64,000 nt of DNA. Origin: Octopus vulgaris. Lineage: Eukaryota. The stretch is taken from contig OX597818.1 in assembly GCA_951406725.2 (NCBI GenBank), positions 144,708,001 to 144,772,000 on the forward strand, read 5' to 3'. Under the pieces are notes generated by a model, which was given only the letters and a program-made list of their open reading frames with translations, did no database searches and was not told the origin of the DNA. The translations under genes and the position numbers were made by a program. Of the stretch, positions 1 to 13,304 are shown piece by piece. Within the stretch, counting starts at the first letter, position 1, and each line of letters starts with the position of its first letter.

Positions 1-1362
1 CTACATTATCGAATTCGCTCTTCCGTCTTTTAAGATGATAATGTAAATATAACATCCGTCACTTTCGACAGTGATTTGTATTTAGTAGCTGAGTATTCCA
101 CAAACACATGTACCCTTCTCGTAATTCTAAGGTAGAATCAGTGTGGCAATGTTTAACAAACCTGGCATTTTGAATAACCTGGCACGCTACACCTGATAGC
201 TTTCCACGCATTTTCTATCAGTTTCACAAAGCTTGGGTCGACTGTGGGTTATGGAAGGAGATACTTGACCAAAACACCACGTAGTAGAATCGAACTCGGA
301 ATTTCGTAATTGTGAAGCGAGCTTCTTAATCACTTGACCTTGCTTACGCCTGTAAGAGACAGATTTGTAAAATATTATGCGGCTGTCGAGCGACCGTATG
401 CAGGTTCTTTCACTGGCACGGAATGCACGTGTTCACAGTTGATGAATATTCTTATGAAGAAAACAGGAAGCATTAATCCCGGCGAATTGGCAGAGTCGTC
501 AGAGTTAAGGACAAAATACCTTGCGACATATGTTATGGATCTCTGAGCTCCAAATTCAAATCCCGTTAAATCCAACTTTGTCTTTCGTTCTTTCGGCGGG
601 GAGGGGGCGATGAAATAAAGTATTAGCTCAGGGCAGTAAGATCGGCGGAAATACTTGAGTGTCGGACGAGATGTCTTGCTGTATTTGTACCGGTTGTTCT
701 TATTCTGAAGTTATTGAGCGATAAACTTAATCTGCCGCCTGGTTTAACGCAACATGATCCTTGACTACCTGTAGCGGAGTTCTCTCTGTTGCAGACATTC
801 GAGATAGACCTCTGGTTTGAAGATAGCCTTCCCAGAGGAGATAAAAAGTAAAGGGTCATGGGTGCTACGTTTCACAAAGCTCTAACTAAGCAGTAAAAGG
901 AAATATAAAAGTTTCACTGTTCAAGATACTGCGGCTAAGCGATTACATTCTACGGGAGATGTGTTTGTACGTTTTATATCCAAGGACTTGGTGGGTTTGC
1001 ATACACACACACTAGCACACATATCATATATCTACAAAATGGAACTTGAAAGTTTGAAAAAATCGTGACGTGTGTCAGTATGTGTACGTGATCACTATTT
1101 ATTTTTTCAATATAGTTGTAATCTACACAATCTGAGAGGTACTTGTAGAAAATTTTATACGAAAATATCCATTTTTCTGAAAGCTATGAGGAAACAAAGT
1201 CGGGGGTGCACTTGTGTAGGTAAATCCTTAATTTATTCAGAAGGAAAAAAAAAACTAAGTTGACCTCGGCGGAATTTGAATTCAGAACGTAAAGATGACA
1301 AAATGCCACTGAGCAATTTTGTCCGGCGTGGCAACGATTCTAGAAACTCGCCGACTTAACAA

Positions 1363-1363
1363 C

Positions 1364-1422
<59 letters not shown>

Positions 1423-1435
1423 CAGCAGCAGCAGC
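1363..1435. repeat. (AGT)n/(AGC)n microsatellite
   Basis: Visible directly. Confidence 0.95.
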
Positions 1436-2585
1436 ACAAAACACATAGCACCTCTGGTCTCAATAAAATAAAACAATACAACCCGCGTACCGCGTACTCT
1501 ACCCACTCAAAACCCAATAAAATAACATCGCAAACTGTTACGTAATCGTCACACGATATTATAACATCCCGCACACCAGCAGCAATTTGCTCCACTTATA
1601 TCCTATAGAAGTTGAATAATACAGAGACGGATTAAGGCCAACTGATGGTCTAACCGCAAGCTACCACTCTCGAAACTTCTATTGTCTAAGTGACAAGATA
1701 TTAAGTCATATATAAGTGATGAATGTGAAATAATATAAACTACATACCACTTATGCAGTTTATGCACGCGTGTCACACAATTATGTAACACTTCACATGA
1801 AACACATTACATTATACAAACACTACTTGTCGCATAAGTATATATAATCACCGCCAAACAAAAATAACTAAAAAAAAATGGACCACCGCCAATTTCGACG
1901 ATGAGCATTCAGTTATTCGATGAATTGAACTAACTGATAATTGAAGTAGCGTGCAATTCATTGAGTATTTCACACACACGTGTACCCTTGACATGATCAT
2001 CTGATAGAATCAGCATGAAATAGTGCATGACATATACAATCCGGTCAACGGACTTCTCCGCAGTTTCTGTCGACCCCGCTGCCACTTGCAGGTTTGGGTT
2101 GATTTGAAGTATTGATAAAAAGACACATGCTCAAGATGTCCCGCTGTGGGATCAAACCAGGGATTTCGACATTGTGAAAGGAAAATCTTAATCATTCGAC
2201 TATTTTTATCCGTGATTAGCGAAGAAACTCAACATACATTGGACATACTCTAAACAATATTCAAAAGAGGCATTAAATGCTGGTTCTCAAACAGTACACC
2301 ACAAAGAGTGGTATATATTCGAGCAAAATGCCCCCCCCCCCCGTCCAATGGACGGTGCTGAGTTGTCAAACATTTAAACCAAATTTTCTCAAAACAATTT
2401 GTCCGACCGTCCCATAGGCCTCCCCTTTGAGAAACACTGATTTAACCTAAATATGAGTCACCAGCAAAAGAAGAAATAAAGATAGACTTTTTTTTCTATT
2501 CCTAAGAAAAACGATTTCTCAGGCTTCATCGATCGCATTCTCACCTGGAATAGATTTTTGTAATTTTTTCAAGACTTATACACGC

Positions 2586-2655
2586 CCTGATACCGTCGGT
2601 ATCTACATATCAAATTTGAGCGCAATCGGATGGAGGGTTTCCGAGATCCTAGAAG

Positions 2656-2711
<56 letters not shown>

Positions 2712-2751
2712 GCACACGCGCGCACACACACACAACGTATTTTATATAAGA
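2586..2751 (-). mobile_element. Non-autonomous Helitron-like 5' fragment with (TG)n
   Basis: Minus strand begins A^TCTTATATA, then (TG)n and CCGATTGCGCTCAAATTTG. Same architecture as the adjacent element. Left boundary is approximate. Confidence 0.5.
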
Positions 2752-2773
2752 TATATATATATATATATATATA

Positions 2774-3146
2774 TCTATATAAACGGCAGTTTGTCTGTGT
2801 TTCTGTGTGTCTGTTTGGTTGTACCCTCACCCTGACCACGGCTTTCAACCGATTCTGATGAAACTTAACACACACATAGCCCAATGTCATAATTCAAAAC
2901 TAACGCAGCGAACATTTTGAAAAGTTCCCCCAGTTCTGAAAAAATCGATAAATTCGAAATGGGGTCGAGAATCAGAAACACAAACCACAGACTGTCTAGG
3001 GGACGCAACTCGACCTTTTTTAACTCTCAAAAAAACTTACCATCATTTTTTTCCCATTTTTTGGCTATTTTTTGGCTATAACTCTCTAAAAATGCTTTAT
3101 AGTTATTTCCCTTACAAACCTGAGCAACGCCGGGCGATACTGCTAG
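2774..3146 (+). mobile_element. Non-autonomous Helitron, complete ends
   Basis: 5' TC, 3' imperfect GC hairpin CCTGAGCAACGCCGGG then CTAG. Inserted between A and T with no TSD. Confidence 0.75.
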
Positions 3147-3472
3147 TATATATATATATATACATACATGAATAGTGAAGGAAAATGGGGATAGAAGAAA
3201 TCGAGGCGAATATCTCAATTAGAACTGCATGCGATGAACCCAGCTAACAAACTGTCCATTGAAATGTATAGTAATCCATATGGTCTAAATATACCAGGTG
3301 ACAGGTACAAACTGTAAATCCGAGGTTAATTGCTAATCGATGGGTTGGTGCATCAATCATAGAGTATAGCAGCAACAAGACAAAAATTTAAGAATTATAT
3401 TCTTACATAACTTAACTTGCGTTTCGGATGAGTTAAGGAACTTTGTCCATTTCATAGAATGGTTTATATGCA

Positions 3473-3523
3473 TAATCAATCAATCAATCAATCAGTCAAT
3501 CAATCAATCAATCAATCAATCAG

Positions 3524-3555
<32 letters not shown>

Positions 3556-3575
3556 ACAATCAATAAAACAATCAA
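3473..3575. repeat. (ATCA)n microsatellite
   Basis: Visible directly. Confidence 0.95.
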
Positions 3576-3892
3576 TTAATTTATAGAAGAGTTAGCTTCC
3601 AATCATTATTTTCAGAGCATAAAATTTATGATGTTAAAGTTTCCGGAATCTGCTACACACAGAACTAATGGAAATGGTTTTGTAAATAACAGACATCTCA
3701 GACTACATTCTCTGATTTATTATGTCCTTGCCAAATTCACAGTCGTGGGAGGTCGAGACATCATAAAGTGCTGGAGAATGTTAGTATGTAAAAATATAGC
3801 TTTGGGAAGATAAATGCCGTTTAAACGCTTTATTTGCTGGTTAGTCTGTGGTAGAGATGGAGAGGATTCGAAGGGATGTCAACATAGTTTCA

Positions 3893-4097
3893 AATTTTGG
3901 CACAAGGCCAGCAATTTCGGAGTGTAGGTTAAGTAGATTACACCGACCCCAGTAATCAACTGGTATTTTATGGACCCCAAAAGGATGAAAGACAAAGTGG
4001 ACCTCGGCGGAATTTGAACTTAGAATGTAAAGACGGACGAAATGCCACTAAGCATTTTGCCCGGGGTGCTAACGATTCTGCCAGTTCACCGCCTTAG
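3893..4097 (-). mobile_element. tRNA-derived SINE of the dominant local family
   Basis: Minus strand has a tRNA-like head and the conserved core TTTCATCCTT..GGGGTC.ATAAAATA. Many related copies, e.g. near 1255, 6735, 10186, 13530, 29045, 36790. Confidence 0.75.
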
Positions 4098-4959
4098 AGT
4101 GCAAAGTAATATTGTGTGGAAAATATGTAATAATTCGACCTTATTTCTTTCGAGAAATACCAGGTTTACTACGGTTAAAGTGAATTCCATTTAATAAAGA
4201 TTAATCTGGATTACGCTAGGTGTAATAATAAAGGATTAGATTAAGAATGAAAAATTAATTAGAAAACGTCTGCTTAGTTTATTAAATAGTAGATGAATTA
4301 AGAAGGAAGAGGAAGAATCACTAATAATATTAATTAGGTTTCGATTTTATTTATTTATGCCAAGGTAAGTTAATTATATGAGATTTTTATGCGAAAAGAA
4401 TGTTTTGCTAAATAAATTAGTACTGTGAATTAATAGCTGTTAATTAGGGTTGAATTTACAATTGATTAATTCAAATGCTTCTACCAAGCGCTAATTACCG
4501 CCCCCTGTATAATGAAGTGCACTACTTATAATAGACTCCAAAACAGAGTAATCTATATTCTTCCCTTTGAGGCCCAGACGAATTTGACCAACGGTATCGA
4601 CAACGATTTCTTTATTTCCAACAAATACAAAACGTTTAAACCCAGTTGATGCAGTGAAGCCAAAAGAAACCAATAAACGAGCCTCTAAGTAGCCATCGCT
4701 TGATTTGCTAGAAATAACACCCTACTCCTATACATGTCACACTTCTAATGTCTTGAAATACCCTATGTCCCGATAAAAGACTGACATGGCCATAGCTGGA
4801 ATATCATTGATCACAAGTCTCTGCTCGGTCGTGGTTGATCTGGGGTTAAACAAAAACAATAGCAACAACAACAACTGAAACTTTTAGGGATGCAAATGCA
4901 TGATCGATGTGTAAAAACAAACAAATCAACGAGAAAACACTTGCATAATCGCTCTATCT

Positions 4960-5194
4960 TATTTCTTTATTGCCCACAAGGGGCTGAACATAGAGGGGAC
5001 AAACAAGGACAGACAAAGGCATTAAGTCGATTACATCGACCCCAGTGCGTAACTGGTACTTATTTAATCGACCCCGAAAGGATGAAAAGCAAAGTCGACC
5101 TCGGCGAAATTTGAACTCAGAACGTAACGACAGACGCAATACCGCTAAGCATTTCGCCCGGCGTGCTAACGTTTCTGCCAGCTCGCCGCCTTCA
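4960..5194 (-). mobile_element. tRNA-derived SINE with TSD and an atypical, LINE-like 3' tail
   Basis: 15-bp TSD ATAATC(G/A)CTCTATCT at 4945-4959 and 5195-5209. Same head and core as the other copies, different tail. Confidence 0.85.
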
Positions 5195-6321
5195 ATAATC
5201 ACTCTATCTGTTAGGAGTAATAGTCAAATCTGCCTCAAATCACACACTATTGTTTTTTAAAAATTACACGTTGGGTAATGCAATCCTGGATTCCCTGCAC
5301 ATAGAAAAAATGTGAGCTGGTCTTTGATCACAGGTCTACTCGATCGGGGCTGATTTAGGACTAAACAACAAAACAACAAGTGTAAAAGGAGAAACAAGGA
5401 AAAAAAAAAACATATTTTCCAACTTAATCATAAGCCCACTGAATGTGATTAGTACTTTAGTTTTCTCAAATTTTTCTAATTGATCTTAAGTCCATAAATT
5501 ATAATAATAAATTATAAATAATTTAAAGGGAAATAATTTGCGGTGAAAAATATAGTTGTTTCGGATATTTGTCCTTCTTCAGAGAGGAAAAAGTAAAAGC
5601 ATAGTCAAAGTTTGCTAAGGAGCAAATGAGAAATGAAAGGGTGGTAAAGTGGAGTGAGAAAGCGAGGGGGTAAGAGGAAAGTGAGAAGTAGTGCGGGTAG
5701 AGTGATGTGGGGGAAAAGTGAGAGGGAGAAGTGGTTAAAGTTTGTGACATGGCCAGGAAAGTTTAGCTAAAAGTTGGATCAAGTGAAGTCAATGAAATTG
5801 TGTGGTATGGGCTGCGGCAGTGTGTGTTTATGTGGTCATTCAAAAAAACAAAAAAAAAACGCGAGAAACTCAGAATAGACCAGGACAGGATACTAGAGAT
5901 AGCATTAAGATGGATACGGGAAGGCACATGGCCAAGCGTACAGGGTGTCGGGATCACAGTCGTAAAGCTGTGAGTTCAAGTTGCGGGTGAGCAGCTCGTC
6001 CTTACTGAGCAAGGCATTTCAATTCACATTGATCCAGTCCAGTCAACTGAAAATTAGTTCCAGTAGCATCTGGGGTTAACTTTGTGGATGGACTTAAGCC
6101 ATGAAAAGGCTATCATAATGGCCAGAATTGTTACCCCGTTAATCTAGAATTAAAAAGACGGACTCCTCCTAAAAAGCAAGGGGTCAGGGCGGTTAAAGAA
6201 CACTTAGCATAGAACAGTTGAATGAGAATTGAGAAAAATGGATCATGTACGGAGAATTGCACGGAGACCGGCCTGAATGGCATCGAATAATCGAAGACTC
6301 ATTTCCCAAATGTGAAGAGCT

Positions 6322-6460
<139 letters not shown>

Positions 6461-6999
6461 AAACACAACTACAACATATATCTGTTCCCTTCCCTTCTTT
6501 TTCTTTCTTTGTTATACTTTTATGCATTTTTTGTTTCTTTTTTTATACTCCCATTCTTTTTCTATTCTTCTTTCTTACCATCTTTCTTTTTCTTCTCTTT
6601 CTTACTGTTTTTTTCTTTCTTTCTTTCTAACATTCCTCATTTCCTTCTCTTTCTGGTTTTTCTTTTCTTTTCTCGCCATCTTACTTTCTCTTCTTTCAGT
6701 TCTTATTACAATACTCCATTTCAAAGCAACCAGATGCCATAATTGTTTGCACGCCGGACAAACATACTTAGCAAGATTTCTTCGGCTTTTTCTTTCTGAG
6801 TACAAAATGCGTCAAAGTCGACTTTTTCTTTCATCACTTCAAGATCCATAAAATAAGTTCCGGTCGAACACTGGGGTCGCTGTAATCGACTAATTTCTTC
6901 CACCAAAATTTCAGCCCTTGTGCCTGTTGTAGATAGAATTATAATACTCTATGTCTTCATTCTCCCCTCTACCCATTATCACAGGTTCATCGTCTGACT

Positions 7000-7231
7000 A
7001 TGAAAAAGAAGAGAATGATGCTATATAACGCCATGGTGCTTATTTTGTTCCACATAAGCACGATGGAGGCCTTGTTTTTCAGAACGGGTCCAGTTAACTG
7101 CATAGTCACCGAATGGAGCGAGTGGAGTAAACCTCTTAGTTTTGGACTGGTGGAACGACATCGCAAAATACTTCGTCCGGCAGAGAACGGCGGAAATCCC
7201 TGTCCACCAACTTCAGAGAAACTGACAGTCA
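7000..7231 (+). CDS. Secreted TSP1+VWA protein, coding exon 1 (signal peptide and spondin-type TSP1 repeat)
   Basis: Acceptor cacag ends at 6984, ATG at 7000. Hydrophobic N-terminus, then VNCIVTEWSEWS...RHRKILRPAENGGNPCP. Donor gtaagt at 7232, phase 1. Confidence 0.85.
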
Positions 7232-7283
7232 GTAAGTTAATTATATTTTGATTTATTTTATTTGGTCATTTTTTTCGATGAAG

Positions 7284-8147
7284 TTATATAAGGCATACCT
7301 GCACATATGTGAAGGCGCGTGGATTGGTGTTTAAGGTTAATCGGCTCACGAGTTCAATTCCCGGCGGCGCGTTCTGTCCTTAAGCAAGTCATTTTATTTC
7401 ACGTTGCTCCAGTTCGCTCAGCTGGCAAAGATGAGTAGTACTGGTTATTCAAACGGTCGACCTTGTCATATTCTATATCACAGTGAATCTCCCTGAGAAC
7501 TACATAAAGGGTACGCGTGTCTGTGGAATACTCAGCCACTCGCGCGTTAATTCCACGAGCAAACTGTTCCGTTGATCAGATCGCTTGGAACCCTTGTCAT
7601 CGTAACTGACGGAGCGCCACCTATACACGTGTACCTCCACTGTGACTTTCCGAAAAATGAATTACTCTTAGTGGAATTTTCTGCAAATACCGTTCAGGTG
7701 ATGTAGATTCCGATCGGAATTTGTTGTGAAAAATTTTTTCGGGGTTGGAAGATTAGTTTCGAGTAATTCACACCAGTCGACTTTGCTTCCTAATAACTTT
7801 CATTATGTGACAAGTGTCAGTATATATGTGTCTGTGGCCACCAATTGTTTCTTTCTCACATTAAATTCGTAGTTTACACTATCTGAGAAGTATTTGCAAA
7901 AAGTTTCGATAAAAACATTCCTTTTTCTGAAAGTTATAAGGAAACAAAGTCAAGGCGTATGAATTATCCGAAATTATTCCGCACCACGAAAACATTTTCA
8001 AAACACATTCCGATATCATCGGAATCTGCACCATCTGAAAGGTATTTAGAGATAATTTCATTAAAAGATATCTATTTTTCTGAAAGTTATGAAGAAGCAA
8101 AGCCACGGAGGTGGGAGGTACACGTGTGTAGATATGCCTTATATAAA
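7284..8147. mobile_element. MITE with TIRs, interrupted by the SINE at 7311-7620
   Basis: TTATATAAGGCATACCTGCACA at the left end and ACACGTGTACCTCC after the SINE are inverted copies of GGAGGTACACGTGTGTAGATATGCCTTATATAA. Fragments also near 1130-1225 and 34020-34120. Confidence 0.6.
7311..7620 (+). mobile_element. tRNA-derived SINE, second family (CORE-like middle)
   Basis: Head GAAGGCGCGTGG...GAGTTCAATTCCC, then TGTCCTTAAGCAAGTCATTTTATTTCAC. Related copy at about 58235-58560. Confidence 0.7.
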
Positions 8148-8384
8148 ATGACTGACAAAAAAGGCAAATGAAAAGCAGCTGAATTTTCTACCAAGTTCTG
8201 GATAATTAGTTTGTAAAGTTATTTTATGAAAATCCAGACACTGAAAAATAAAAAAAAAAATTATTATACGGTCTATTAGTATCAAATTCAATAGATGAAT
8301 ATCAGAAAAGAATGCAGCTCCGATAACAGACAAAGTCAACATCTATTACAAAGTTGCAAAAGCAACGAAAATTTTGGAAGGAAA

Positions 8385-8418
<34 letters not shown>

Positions 8419-9999
8419 TATAATGAATGAATGGAAATCAAACCGGTGAGTGTGTTAAATATTAGGGCATTAAGATAGTATGACTCTCCCTATTATTAAT
8501 ACAATATTGTTGATTTTTATTTTAAGATTAATATTTTCGACAGAAAGATAAATTTCTCATTTTCATTTTATTTACGAGAGTGGGTGAATGAGAGAGAGGG
8601 GGGAGAAAGAGAGGGAGAAATGAAGAGAAAGAGAGAGATAGATAGGGAGAGAAAGAAAGAGAGAGTGCGAAAGAGAGAGATGTATGTTCCGGTGAATAAA
8701 AATTAGTTTTGTGATTAAAGCGCGTACTTGGATCTTCAATAATAGCTAACTTTTGAAAACCTCATTTTGATAAAAATATATAAAAATTGGAATTTATAAG
8801 AATGTTCGAGACATTGTAGGCTTTAATAATGCTTTCTTTTAGAAAGATTTGCATAATTTCAACAAATTAATAAGCTGCTTTTTTCCATTTACAATATAGA
8901 TTTCACTGTCACCCATTTTATACATTTTTTTGTTCTGCATCTCAGTACATATAACACCTTATTAAATCGAGCGGAAGAGGGAAATTTGCACGTGCTAGCA
9001 ATCGCTGCCAAATATCCCTCAATTCACAACCCTACACTCTTAAGGATACATTTGGTAATACAGTTCAGGCCACACTATTGCTAAAAATATAGAAAACGCT
9101 AAGTCATGGTTGACTTGAATATCGTTGTGCATAAATTTGTTTAGTAAAGGTCGGTGTAGGGCTGAAGAACAGCAACTTGGTATTTAAAGAATAACGGAGT
9201 CTCTACGTGGCCGTTCGACCTGCTAAAAAAGGCAGACAAATATTTCTAAAATCATACCTACAACCTCTACAGAAAGTAAAGGTTTGTGAGATGGGGATGA
9301 TGTAGTCTGAGATAAACTGTCTAAAAGACGTGATGGTCATCGCTGAAACGCCAATTTTCGTAAGTCAGCTTGATTAGATCTTACCATGGGTGTTTACATC
9401 AACTGGGAACTAAATTTTGTTGTTTTGTGATTTATTTGGTGTCAGTCATCGGAAAGGAGGGAGAGCTTATGTTGTTGTTGTTGTTGGTGGTGGTAGTGGT
9501 GGTTATGGTAGTGACAATAGTGCTGATGGTGGTGGCGGTAGTGATTTTAGTGGTGGTGGTGGTCTTAATACTGACGCAATTGGTGGTGGTGGTAGTCGTA
9601 ATGGGAGCTATGGTGACAGCGGTGATAGTTGTGATGGTGGTTGTCATGGTAGTAGTAGAGGTGGTTGGCAGCGCCCATGCCTCTGTATGTACATTCTGAG
9701 CAACCTTTTTTTAAAGAAAATTTACTCACCAGCAAAATGATACATTTTCTTTATAACAATTCTCTTCTTGCATGACCAAAAGATATGATTTGGATGTAAT
9801 TTGTTTTCAAATCTAATAATATATATTTACTGAAGAGAAATAAAGGTTAAGTCATGTTGAGGTCCTATTGTGTTTAGAAATAGTTAGTTTAAAGCAGAAG
9901 TAGAGACCCCTTTTAAGTTGTAAACCCATATTGAGGTTAACTGACACTGACAAGGCTACGTTCTCTAAGCAATTTGATACAGCTAAACCTACATAAATC

Positions 10000-10032
<33 letters not shown>

Positions 10033-10185
10033 ATGTATGTATGTATGTATGTATGTATGATTGTATGTATGTATGTATGTATGTATGTATGTATGTAGGT
10101 GCAAGTGAAATACGGTTCTGGGTTGTGTTAAGCTGGCATTCCTCAGGAAAATGGTCAAACGCACATTTTAAAATGGACTACATCT

Positions 10186-10395
10186 GCGGAGCTGGCAGAA
10201 TCGTTAGCACGCCGGGCAAAATGCCTTTCGGCATTTCGTCCGTCTTTACGTTCTGCGTTCAATTTCTTCTGAGGTCCACTTTGCCTTTCATCCTTTCGGG
10301 GTCGATAAAATAAGTACCAGTTGATTACTGGGGTCGATGTAATCGACTTAACCCTCCTCCGAAATTGCTGGCCTTGTGTCAAAAATTGAAACCAA
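10186..10395 (+). mobile_element. tRNA-derived SINE, dominant family, standard tail
   Basis: GAGCTGGCAGAATCGTTAGCACGCCGGGC head, core, and tail CTGGCCTTGTGTCAAAAATTGAAAC. Confidence 0.75.
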
Positions 10396-10414
10396 TTTTT
10401 GATGTTACCATCTT

Positions 10415-10562
10415 GTATGCATGCATGTATGTATTATGTAAATGTATGCATGCATGTATGTATTATGTAAATGTATGTATGTATGTATGTATGTATGTAT
10501 GTATGTATGTATGTATGTATGTATGTATGTATGTATGTATGTATGTATGTATGTATGTATGT
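10415..10562. repeat. (TATG)n microsatellite (others at about 10003-10096 and 15075-15150)
   Basis: Visible directly. Confidence 0.95.
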
Positions 10563-10695
10563 GCAAAGCAATTCACGAAGGAAAATATAATAAACAAACA
10601 TGTATAAAAACCACACATAAACACTCAGACGCACTCAAATACACCCATCAACAAAATCTCAACAAAGACTTTGTATTGATTTGTTGTTTTTACAG

Positions 10696-10889
10696 GGGAA
10701 CATCCGACAGTCAACCAAACAGCTGAACATTTTGCGCGGAAATTTGTAACGAATCGCCGTCACATGACCTATTCAGCCTACACGGAGTCGATGGGAAGAA
10801 TCTTGCCTCGAGATCTCCTAATCATCATGGACTCTTCCGGAAGTGTCTCCCCGGCAGAATTTCAACAGAGCAAGCAAGCTATGGCAGAA
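10696..10889 (+). CDS. TSP1+VWA protein, coding exon 2 (start of VWA domain, MIDAS DxSxS)
   Basis: Acceptor ttttacag, phase 1 joins in frame. Encodes RDLLIIMDSSGSVSPAEF. Donor gtaaga at 10890, phase 0. Confidence 0.9.
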
Positions 10890-10903
10890 GTAAGATCCAC
10901 TAT

Positions 10904-10934
<31 letters not shown>

Positions 10935-12710
10935 TCAGAATTGAAGAGTAACTTAGGAAGTATATTTCTACTATTTCAGATAATATTGGGAAGTATGGCA
11001 TATATATCTTTAACCTTTTACCTGTTTCAGTCATTGGACTGCGACCATGCTGGACCACCGCCATGAAGGGTCTTGGTCGAACGAATCTACCCCAGTATTT
11101 GTTATTTTCTAAAGCCTGATACTTATCCTATCGGTTTATTTTGCCAAACCGTTAAGGGTCTGCAAACAAACCGACACCGGCTGTCAAGCGATGGTGAGGA
11201 CAAGCACAAAGACACACTCTTACACACACAGACACACGCACACACTCATGTATGACAGTTTTCTTTTGGCTTCCATCTATCAAATCCATTCACAAGGCCA
11301 TGGTCGGCTCGAGACAATAGTACAAGACACTTGCCCAAGGTGCCACGCAGTGGGACTGCACCAGGAACCAAGTGGCTGGGGAGCAGACTCATTAAACTGC
11401 TACACCTGCGCCATCAATCTTACCTTTTATCAATTTTCTTGGCGCTTATACAAATTGATTAAATGAATTCTAATTTTCAAAAGAAAAATATTCTTTATCT
11501 CAGAACAGAATTAAATAGAAGAAACTAAGAAAAAATCAAGTTCTTGTTGACAGATGTCTTATTATACTAAATTGTTCAAGAACTCCGATAACTATTTTGT
11601 CATTTACTCCCTTTCTCTACCGCCACCTTTTTCTCCCTCTCCTCCTCTGATTCTCTTCCTTCCTCTATGATTCTCTCTCACTGCGTTTATAGTGTTCCTT
11701 TATTCATTGCCTGTCACTAAGCCTCGCATGTGCAATCATCCTGCGCCTCTTATGTTAATTCTCTCTGTATCCCTTTTATGCTCTTTCTTCCACTCTCTCT
11801 CAATACTTTGTAAATCGTGACTGTACAAATCAACTAACCAGGATCAGCCATTATTATATAGAATTTTTTATATTTATTTTCCCGTTTATTGTGTAGATCT
11901 ATATTTCATCTAATTGCTCAGCTACGCATTCTAACATAACACTATTTTTTAACCGGCGGCGTTGCCCAAAACCTACAAACACAACTTACACACGCGTGCG
12001 TGTCTTGACTGTGATAATACATAGCATATTTCTTGAATGATTTTAATATAAAAAAGGAGGGCGAGTTCCTGATAGCCCGTTTTATGATTAGTTGATCGTG
12101 TCTGTCTGTCTGTCTGTCTGCCTAATCGTTGAGCACTTTTGTTACTCCGTTTGGATGAATTATAATATGCGTGGTTACCCTGGCTATTCAATTTCTCTTC
12201 CAATTGATTTCATATTAGGTGTAATGATGTAGCTTTGTATACCAATCATAGACATGAAATTCATTTTCACCATAAATCATAAATAAAGAGTTGATAGCTT
12301 TTAAAGTTTGCGAAATTTGGGTAATTTTAGCCAATGGTAAGCTACAGACACCTTCATGCCTGTTTCCATCGTAACAGGAAAGATCCCTTTTTCTTTCTCT
12401 CCACCACTCTCTCGTCTTGTTTCTTTTCTTTCTTTTCTTTGTTGGCAGATGTATTGTCATACCAAACTGTCTGTCCAACAGTTGTCTGACATTAAGTCGA
12501 GTATTAGTAACTGGATGCATTACCTCCCACCACCACCAAAAAAAAAAAACACACACAAGACATTGATACCTGAAAATATGCTATTATCACTATGTAACTA
12601 AACAAACCAATGGATTGGAAGAGCGACTGAGAAATAATTTGCAGTTTCCCATCGACGCCAACTTTGCCTTTTATCGATGAAATTAAAATACGACTTGAAT
12701 CAATTTAACT

Positions 12711-12942
12711 GGTGGGTAAAAGTAGGTATACAGTTGCTTAAGAGGGTGGATTGTTATTTTCACTTCCCCTTTTCTTTTAAACCTAAGTGATTTATGAGTC
12801 GACTAAGGGATCTGCTACAGATGCCTAATTCATTAGAATCCCTCTTTTTCTGAAATCCTTATCCTAAAAAAAAAAGAAATAAAGAAATGAAAAGAACCTT
12901 CCACTCATTAAGCAACTGTATACCTACTTTTGCCCAACCCTG
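12711..12942. mobile_element. Tc1/mariner-type MITE
   Basis: About 40-bp inverted termini GGGTAAAAGTAGGTATACAGTTGCTTAAGAGGGTGGA / TCCACTCATTAAGCAACTGTATACCTACTTTTGCCC. Right end is CTG-TA. Confidence 0.65.
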
Positions 12943-13081
12943 TACATTAAAAGAAATTATAACAAAATAGTTCTAAAATGAAAAGTGAATATATTGTTTT
13001 AATGGCTATATATATATGTGTGTGTATAAATATATAAATGGTTCTCTTTCTTTTCTTTTTTCTGCTGCTTTTGACTAAAAG

Positions 13082-13304
13082 GTGATTAAAATCATATGTG
13101 GAGACGTCGGTCAGTCGTTTCAAGACAATCGCATTGCTGCTATTCATTATTCCGATTTCGTTTACGAAGATTTCCCTTTCAACAAAAGCTATCTGGAGGA
13201 AGAAGTTGCTTACAACATACGACAGATACCAAAACACAGTGGCTCCACCTGCACTGGAGATGCATTTAATTACGCAAGGGTTGTTATGCTGAAACCCGAG
13301 AAAG
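13082..13304 (+). CDS. TSP1+VWA protein, coding exon 3
   Basis: AG at 13080-13081 after a pyrimidine tract. Encodes NRIAAIHYSD...GSTCTGDAFNYA (MIDAS Thr). Donor gtaatg at 13305, phase 1. Confidence 0.9.

Noticed and set aside
1282-1595. Poly-Leu/poly-Tyr ORFs and the many YIYI, VCVC, MYVC and THTH ORFs
   Set aside because: Translations of microsatellites.
4361-4370. AAG/GTAAGT donor as a 5' UTR exon of the VWA gene
   Set aside because: Plausible, since the ATG exon has an acceptor, but one donor motif is not enough evidence.
9370-9740. Gly-rich and Val-rich ORFs in the VWA gene intron
   Set aside because: Degenerate (GGT)n microsatellite. The flanking exons join in frame without it and I see no good splice sites.
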